Shown here: positions 18,250 to 24,666 of the stretch, one piece after another
How positions within the stretch are numbered: position 1 is the first letter of the stretch
Layout of the letters: every line of letters starts with the position of its first letter
Virus record (IMG/VR): IMGVR_UViG_3300020045_000915
Coordinates: 1-24,666 of that record
DNA length: 24,666 bases
Reading direction: 5' to 3' (one strand)
Origin: a virus
Lineage: Duplodnaviria; Caudoviricetes
Position numbers and translations under genes: made by a program
The notes under the pieces: generated by a model
What the model saw: only the letters and a program-made list of their open reading frames with translations
Told to the model about the DNA's origin: nothing
Database searches by the model: none

Positions 18250-18304
18250 ACTATAACTTTTTTATATAATATTTTTTTTATATGGAAAAGTTATAGTATC
18301 TTTG
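18250..18304 (+). promoter_or_regulatory. promoter (-7 TATCTTTG, 18297-18304) overlapped by a 12-bp inverted repeat
   Basis: ACTATAACTTTT (18250-18261) / AAAAGTTATAGT (18286-18297), 24-nt spacer. Confidence 0.6.
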
Positions 18305-18332
18305 CCATAATTTATAATTTAAATATATAACT

Positions 18333-21059
18333 ATGTTTCCATCAAATCCAACTATAAATGATTCTCATATTGAACAGAATAAAACCTTCGTCTATAATGG
18401 CGAGGGTTGGGTTCTGCAACCTGATTTAGGTGCTATTGATGGAAGTAAATGGGAAGATAGTGGGCTAACTCAAATAGTTCCAAAAGATTTAAAACATATT
18501 CCATCCTCAATAATTGACGATTTACCATCAGTCGGCGCTATCGACTCAATTTCTTTCGGAGGTGTTCCGATTGATATAATTGACAAGGATGTTGATTTGG
18601 AAGGTGTTGTTGCGAAATATGACGGGGTTGAAGTGATGAGCCCAGAAAATGACACTATGCAATTAGCAGATGTTAAGCTTTCAAGATATGCAAATGACAC
18701 ATACAGAGCCACATTTGCGACAAATGACGGTGCTGGAAATGATATTATAGGGACTTACGCAACCAAAACAGAAAACAACTCCAAGCAATCACTGAATACA
18801 GGATATATTGATGGAATGGTATTGTCAATTAATGCCGATACTACGAAATTCAACATTGCTTCTGGGCACTATGTTATTAGCGATAATAATTCATTAAGTC
18901 CAACGGCAATAATTAAAACTTTTGTGGGCGTAACTGCTCAATCCATTATTTCAATGGCTGCAAATGCTACCTACATTGCTTTAGATAGCAATATGGCTAT
19001 TGTTCAACAGGATTATCCATTTACGGACATTCAGAGACGAACACTTTGTTTAATTGGGGCTGCTATTCATTCAAACCATTTAGTAATAAATGCAGTAAAT
19101 GAAATAAAAGCTCCTATTACGGGAGACGTTAACCAACTTCATGACTTTATTAAAGCGGTCGGAGCATTGAATTTAAGCGGAAATGTTTACTCGTCGAATA
19201 GTGGAATGCTTTTAAATAAATCAGCGGGTGTTATTTTCGCTTTAGGAATAAACGCTTCTAATCCGCTCGACCCTCATCAAATAACAATACCATTACAAAC
19301 AGGGTTATCGTTCCGCTATCGCCTGCAAAATGGCACTGAATATGTTGATAGAACAACTATTGACCCAGCAAGTTATGATTTAAATGGGGTACTAACTCCG
19401 ATTCCAGGCACTAAATACACAGTTCAATATATTAATCTATTTCAAAGTGGATTAACTCGGATTCAGTACGGACAAAAATATTATGCAAATTTTGACGAGG
19501 CAAAAGCTAATTTCGAAATTGATCCGTTTATTACAGAAACAAACATAGCGGATAACGCTGTATTTCGTGCATTTCTTATTTTAAAAGGAAGTGCTACAAA
19601 TTTAGCTACTGAAATCGCAGCGGGAAGAGCAATGTTTATTCCAGTTGATAAGTTCGGAAATGTAATTAGTGGCGGATCGGCTGCATTGACCTATGATAGC
19701 ATTATTGCTGCACTAGGTTACATTCCTGCAAGCCCTACCGATTTGGCTTTGAAAATAGATAAAACTCAAAACCAAATAACCAAAGACCCAACTGGATTTC
19801 ATGAACCATCTCTAGTTGTAGTTACAGGCGATTCGGTAACAAGAAAAATAACATTAAGCGGAACAGTTGCGGCATCTTACAGAGGTGAACTTGTAGCTGA
19901 GTTAATTCCTACTTGGTTAAGCCCTGCACATGGAGCTGATACGACTAAAAAGTATTTCCTATCGCATAATGGAACTACAGCTTCATGGAGTGAAAGCATT
20001 TGGACGTTTGATTTGATTCAGATTGCTATTGCAAAATACGATAATGTTAATGCTACATGGAAGTATTACCGTGAGCCGCATGGCTTAATGAATTGGGCTA
20101 CACATAAAGAACTACATGAAACCATAGGTACATACAAGGGTGCTGGTGGCGATATTACCGACATTATATTAGATAGTACAGTAGCCGCAAATCGTAGGCC
20201 AAATCTATCTAGTTTAATTATCAATGACGAGGATTTACAAACTACAATTTCAGCACTTACATCTAAGCTATACACTCAATTTAATTTAACAGGTGCAAGC
20301 ATTGAAAATACGGTTTTAGATCAAGCGGACATTGTTAAGTTATTAGTCGATAGACCTTACTACAATCAATTTACAACTGAATGGGTAAATACTTTAATGC
20401 CTGCCAATTCTGTTTCAACTATTTGGATTTACGCTCAACCAATGGCAGCCGATGCTTTTAGTCAGAAACATAGACTTTTATTTGTTCAACCTCAATGGAT
20501 TACGCAAGCTACAGGATCTGGTTCACCCGCAATTTTAACGGCTGTAAATACTGAAAAACTTAGAAACAGTTCTGAATTAAATCTGAATGGATTAGTAGCG
20601 GAGGAAATTGTTTGTATTTCCAAAATGATTATTGCTTATGTTGGAGGTAATTGGGTAGTTAAGAGCTTAGTTAATATTACAGGAAGTAAAGTTTTACAAA
20701 GCAACGCGCCAGCAGGTAGTGGAATCACATCTGTTGAGCATGATGAGACTTTGGTAGGTCTAGGGACTGTGGCTAGTCCGCTAGGTGTTGCTGATAAATT
20801 TAAGCTTTCAATACAAAAAACAGGAATTGGTTTAGCTCCTATTTATTCACCTTATCCAGGAACTAGAATTGTAACATCTGTAACTTTAGCTAATAATTGT
20901 ACAGATATTTCTATTAGTAGGAAAAGATCTGGAGTTACAACAAATTATAATAAAACTACTTTAGTAGGAGTTGAGTTTTTAGCTACAGATGATTTCATAA
21001 TAGTAGACTTAACAATTGCTGCAACTTATATAAATGCTAATGCTTTAATAATTTTTTAA
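18333..21059 (+). CDS. large modular fibre/spike-like virion protein
   Basis: 908 aa; FPSNPT...FVYNGEGW N-terminus, DGAGNDIIGTYATK, IIAALGYIP, SVEHDETLVGLGTVASPLGV fibre linker motifs. Confidence 0.65.
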   Translation: MFPSNPTINDSHIEQNKTFVYNGEGWVLQPDLGAIDGSKWEDSGLTQIVPKDLKHIPSSIIDDLPSVGAIDSISFGGVPIDIIDKDVDLEGVVAKYDGVEVMSPENDTMQLADVKLSRYANDTYRATFATNDGAGNDIIGTYATKTENNSKQSLNTGYIDGMVLSINADTTKFNIASGHYVISDNNSLSPTAIIKTFVGVTAQSIISMAANATYIALDSNMAIVQQDYPFTDIQRRTLCLIGAAIHSNHLVINAVNEIKAPITGDVNQLHDFIKAVGALNLSGNVYSSNSGMLLNKSAGVIFALGINASNPLDPHQITIPLQTGLSFRYRLQNGTEYVDRTTIDPASYDLNGVLTPIPGTKYTVQYINLFQSGLTRIQYGQKYYANFDEAKANFEIDPFITETNIADNAVFRAFLILKGSATNLATEIAAGRAMFIPVDKFGNVISGGSAALTYDSIIAALGYIPASPTDLALKIDKTQNQITKDPTGFHEPSLVVVTGDSVTRKITLSGTVAASYRGELVAELIPTWLSPAHGADTTKKYFLSHNGTTASWSESIWTFDLIQIAIAKYDNVNATWKYYREPHGLMNWATHKELHETIGTYKGAGGDITDIILDSTVAANRRPNLSSLIINDEDLQTTISALTSKLYTQFNLTGASIENTVLDQADIVKLLVDRPYYNQFTTEWVNTLMPANSVSTIWIYAQPMAADAFSQKHRLLFVQPQWITQATGSGSPAILTAVNTEKLRNSSELNLNGLVAEEIVCISKMIIAYVGGNWVVKSLVNITGSKVLQSNAPAGSGITSVEHDETLVGLGTVASPLGVADKFKLSIQKTGIGLAPIYSPYPGTRIVTSVTLANNCTDISISRKRSGVTTNYNKTTLVGVEFLATDDFIIVDLTIAATYINANALIIF

Positions 21060-21060
21060 T

Positions 21061-21330
21061 ATGATACAAATAACAGAAACAATACAGTATAATAAGGGTA
21101 TACTGCCTCTAAATAGTCAATCAGATGAATTTAAAGCATGGTATTATAAAAATGTAGGAAATAAAGAAAATGATTTATCTTATGTGCAATCTTACGACCA
21201 ATATAATAGACCTTATGTTAGAATAGTTGAGATTGATGAATTTGAGATAGGTATATTCCCACAATATCTTGAAGAAACTAATGCTAGTTGGGCAATGAGT
21301 GGAATAAATGTAACTTTAAAATTTAAATAA
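21061..21330 (+). CDS. hypothetical protein
   Basis: 89 aa, 1-nt gaps to both neighbours. Confidence 0.65.
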   Translation: MIQITETIQYNKGILPLNSQSDEFKAWYYKNVGNKENDLSYVQSYDQYNRPYVRIVEIDEFEIGIFPQYLEETNASWAMSGINVTLKFK

Positions 21331-21331
21331 T

Positions 21332-23716
21332 ATGACAGGAAATTTATTTAAAAATAGAAGTTATACAAATGGTACAGCAGTATTTGTCCATACTTATTTA
21401 GGTCATGATGATTTTGGAAATGGAACAAGAGAATATCCTTATAGGAGTATATCTAAAGCTGTTGCTAATATGGGTGGGAGAGCTAATATAGTGTTCAGAG
21501 GATGTAGTAATGCGTACTTTAGTTATACGGGTAATATAATTGGAGATGATATTAACCAAGTAATGTTGTATATCCAGTATTCTACCAATGGAGTTCATTC
21601 CATATCGAACTTAACATTTGATAGGATAAATGCAGTTAATAATCAAGGAGGATCAACAATAGATAAGTGTATATGTAATTTGTCAACTAGTGGTGTAACA
21701 GGTGATACCAATTATACTATATATCCAAAGTATTCATTTTTTGTACTATTATCAAATACTATATCTCAGTCAGCATCTAAAATAATACATAATTGTACTA
21801 TAGGTACTTATACGCCATGGAATGCGAGTGGAGCACTATCTAATAAGAACATGTTAGTTTATAATAACCTAACAACATCACCTACAACAGGAACATATTG
21901 GGTATTTTCTAGCAGGTGTACATTTACTGGAATAACGAAACCTAATTTTACAAACAATAGTAAAGGAAATATACAACTTCTTAGAGATGCTTATGGAAAC
22001 CAATCATTATTCACAAAAGACATTTTTGGCAATGAAACATTTCAAGTAATCAAAGAAGAATGTGATGGTGGCTCACATCCAAATATATTTAATAGATATC
22101 AGATGGCTACTGGTTTATTATCGACTCAAATAAACGCATTAGATAGTAAAACATCGATAACATTAACTGATATAGGTGGAGATATAATATTTGGAACAAC
22201 TGGAAAATTAATATTTAAAAATGCAGCTGGCGAAGTAGACCAATTCATTTATACAAATCAAGCTGCAGGAGTATTTACTGGAGTCAGTCAAACTTTCTCA
22301 TATCAACATTTAATAAATGAAACTTGCATAAAATATGGTGACGTTTTAGATTTTACATTAAATACAGATGTTAGAAATGAAGCTCTTTGGGCATCAGACA
22401 TAGGTGGCTATGTAGGATGTTTTGCTCCAATTATTCCTGCTAATGACGGAGCTACTGTATACAATGTTGGAGATAATGGAATAGTTACTGCTACAGCTGG
22501 AGATATGATGCTTTACAATGCAGACAAATCACTTTCTTTTCAATCTAGTACATCAGGATTGCAAAAATGGAATAGATTGAGCACAAATGAATTATTAACA
22601 ATTCCTAAAGGAGCTGTATTTAAAGGTGGGAGAGCAGATTCAACAGATGGTTCACCATTAGGTTTTTATTTTGGTAAAAAACAATATCTAATGACTACCA
22701 ATGAAGTAATTGCAGGAGGTACTTTAAAACAAAATACAACATATAAAGTATCGAATAATACAGCTTTTGGAATAACAGAAGCGATAATTTATGGCAATAG
22801 TCAAATTCTTCCTTATTATTTTTTTAATACAAAACATATAGGAACTATTAGTGTGACTGCTGGAAGTAATATAGTTACTGGGGCTGGTACTATATTTACT
22901 AAGATGTTTAAAGCATTAGATACATTTACTATTCCATCAACAGCAGGAGCAATTACTAAAACAATTACATCTGTAGATTCAGACACACAAATGGTTATGA
23001 ATTCAACTTATGCAGGAGCATTAACAGCAGTACCTTATCAACCACCATTAACTTTTTCTAAATTAAATGCTGGTAGTACGACTAAGGTAATTGAAATAGC
23101 TAATACTCCAATGCAAAGTATGGAAGTAATACCTTATGAAGATGATGGTATAACTCAATCGTTAAGTCAACATAAATTTTCAGCACCTTTTTCAGGTAAT
23201 GTAATGTTATTAAATTATACTGCTACAGGTGCAACAAGATTTGGAAAAACTACAGGAGATCCAGTATTATTTGCTCATTTAGATGAAGCTCAATTTATCG
23301 CTGATTATGTAACTCCTGTACCAACTAAATTAGCAGTTGCTACTGGTTCAGGAGCGTTAACTACAATAACAGTAGTAGATGCTAGTAGTTATCCAAATGG
23401 AACAGGATTATGTGGTAGATTAGTAATTAATGGAGTTTTATTTAATTATACATCAAGAAGTGGAAATGTATTTACTGGACCATCTCAAACTATTGGTGCA
23501 AATTCTATAGATACTGATGTATTTCCTTATAATTTAAGTAATGATAAAATTGCATATTATAAAGGAACAAGTATTACTGATGGATGGCAAATATCAAATG
23601 CTGATCAAGAGTATGGAACACTTTCATTATGTTCATTTTTTACATCTATTACACCTGCTTTAAGTAAAGTTAAACTTGAAATTAACGGACATTTTGATGT
23701 CGGATATGATTATTAA
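21332..23716 (+). CDS. large beta-rich tail spike/adhesin-like protein
   Basis: GHDDFGNGTREYPYRSISKA motif that typically precedes right-handed beta-helices; Thr/Gly/Asn-rich modules. Confidence 0.6.
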   Translation: MTGNLFKNRSYTNGTAVFVHTYLGHDDFGNGTREYPYRSISKAVANMGGRANIVFRGCSNAYFSYTGNIIGDDINQVMLYIQYSTNGVHSISNLTFDRINAVNNQGGSTIDKCICNLSTSGVTGDTNYTIYPKYSFFVLLSNTISQSASKIIHNCTIGTYTPWNASGALSNKNMLVYNNLTTSPTTGTYWVFSSRCTFTGITKPNFTNNSKGNIQLLRDAYGNQSLFTKDIFGNETFQVIKEECDGGSHPNIFNRYQMATGLLSTQINALDSKTSITLTDIGGDIIFGTTGKLIFKNAAGEVDQFIYTNQAAGVFTGVSQTFSYQHLINETCIKYGDVLDFTLNTDVRNEALWASDIGGYVGCFAPIIPANDGATVYNVGDNGIVTATAGDMMLYNADKSLSFQSSTSGLQKWNRLSTNELLTIPKGAVFKGGRADSTDGSPLGFYFGKKQYLMTTNEVIAGGTLKQNTTYKVSNNTAFGITEAIIYGNSQILPYYFFNTKHIGTISVTAGSNIVTGAGTIFTKMFKALDTFTIPSTAGAITKTITSVDSDTQMVMNSTYAGALTAVPYQPPLTFSKLNAGSTTKVIEIANTPMQSMEVIPYEDDGITQSLSQHKFSAPFSGNVMLLNYTATGATRFGKTTGDPVLFAHLDEAQFIADYVTPVPTKLAVATGSGALTTITVVDASSYPNGTGLCGRLVINGVLFNYTSRSGNVFTGPSQTIGANSIDTDVFPYNLSNDKIAYYKGTSITDGWQISNADQEYGTLSLCSFFTSITPALSKVKLEINGHFDVGYDY

Positions 23717-23718
23717 TT

Positions 23719-24168
23719 ATGATATACAATTTAACCGTAAAAAATTTAACGTCAAACGTATCAGGAGCTCTAGTATCAATTACTAGGACTTCTGATAGTT
23801 TTGAAGAATTTAGTGGAACTACTAATGCTAGTGGATTAATAAGTGCCACATTGACTAATTCTACGGATTTTACTGTAACCATAACAGATAGAGGTACAGT
23901 AGCTAAATTTGATTTATTAACTGCTTTAACTACTATAACTACTTCATATTATCTAATTCGTAGCTTACTAACAAGTTTTGGTATTACTTTAGATTATGGA
24001 GTTATACCTCCTGATTCTAATAAAAAATACAATGCTAAACTTACAAGTTTCGGTATTACTTTAGATTATGGTACTATTGCAACTAAAAATTATTTTAAAA
24101 CTAAAATGAATACTTGGGGAATTACTATTGATGAAGGTATGAGCAGTTTTATATATGAAGTATTATAA
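23719..24168 (+). CDS. hypothetical protein: Ig/transthyretin-like N-terminus plus three C-terminal repeats
   Basis: VSGALVSI...GTTNASG; repeats LTSFGITLDYG x2 and MNTWGITIDEG. Confidence 0.6.
   Translation: MIYNLTVKNLTSNVSGALVSITRTSDSFEEFSGTTNASGLISATLTNSTDFTVTITDRGTVAKFDLLTALTTITTSYYLIRSLLTSFGITLDYGVIPPDSNKKYNAKLTSFGITLDYGTIATKNYFKTKMNTWGITIDEGMSSFIYEVL
23971..24137 (+). repeat. intragenic direct repeats, period 72/69 nt
   Basis: acaagtttYggtattactttagattatgg at 23971 and 24043 (28/29 identical); degenerate third copy at 24112. Confidence 0.85.
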
Positions 24169-24254
24169 AAATATTTAAAATTAAATATGGTAAACAAAAT
24201 ATGAAACAATAACATAAATTAAATGGCAACTATAAAAGCAAAAATAAATGGGGT

Positions 24255-24569
24255 ATGTTAGCCATAATCCTATTTGCCATCTTTAACGGGCAAGTCATTA
24301 ATTGGCAACAAGGAAAGACAGCGGATACAGGATGGCATATTACATCGTTTATTATTAGGGCTTGTTTAGTTCTTCAAGCACCCACGATAGGCTTAGGCTT
24401 AATATTCGGGGTGCTTGCCTGGGCTGGATACAATCTTATCATTAATTTTATTATGGGCGAAAAATGGGATTATTTTGGAAAGTACGACTTTTTGAAAGGT
24501 TGGGTTTATTGGGTTTTAAATATATTAATTTTAATTGGAGGGGTAATTTTAGTAATATACAATATATAA
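24255..24569 (+). CDS. small multi-pass membrane protein
   Basis: 3-4 hydrophobic stretches, Trp/Gly-rich. Confidence 0.6.
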   Translation: MLAIILFAIFNGQVINWQQGKTADTGWHITSFIIRACLVLQAPTIGLGLIFGVLAWAGYNLIINFIMGEKWDYFGKYDFLKGWVYWVLNILILIGGVILVIYNI

Positions 24570-24596
24570 AGTAATAACAGTTTTAAAACAAATGAA

Positions 24597-24666
24597 ATGA
24601 GTGAAGATTTAGAGAAACAAACAGTAGCAGCACTAGGTAGCCAAACTGGAGAGATACCAACTACTA
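24597..24666 (+). CDS. 5' end of a CDS running off the window (MSEDLEKQTVAALGSQTGEIPTT...)
   Basis: ATG at 24597 after an A-rich leader, open to the window end. Confidence 0.45.
   Translation, partial: MSEDLEKQTVAALGSQTGEIPTT

Noticed and set aside
3385-23882. All minus-strand ORFs in the track (e.g. 6055-6396, 8640-9092, 10033-10266)
   Set aside because: Short antisense shadows of well-supported + strand genes, with Ser/Ile/Leu/Phe-biased composition and no motifs.
23971-24137. CRISPR mini-array or DGR template/variable repeat
   Set aside because: Only two near-identical copies, in frame within a CDS; the mismatch is a silent T/C rather than adenine-specific; no RT or cas genes in the window.

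Overview
AT-rich, densely coded segment with every credible gene on the + strand. It is the packaging/head and fibre module of a crAss-like phage (Crassvirales type, probable Bacteroidota host). Gene order: small early/regulatory ORFs (exonuclease fragment, HTH-like, HU/IHF-like, candidate TerS), GIY-YIG homing endonuclease, terminase large subunit, portal, ferritin, DEDD exonuclease, acidic scaffold-like protein, major capsid protein, three conserved post-capsid genes, then fibre/adhesin-like genes. The standard genetic code is used. Main oddities: (1) the endonuclease starts with the same 13 aa as TerL, encoded by a synonymously recoded copy; (2) an unannotated 69-codon Cys/His ORF has an in-frame TGA at a Cys-like position; (3) a box AAGTCTATARAA lies exactly 47 nt upstream of the -7 element in three structural-operon promoters; (4) GATC is almost absent from the first 19.5 kb but common in the fibre region. 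All family calls come from motif and synteny recognition by eye, not from database searches.
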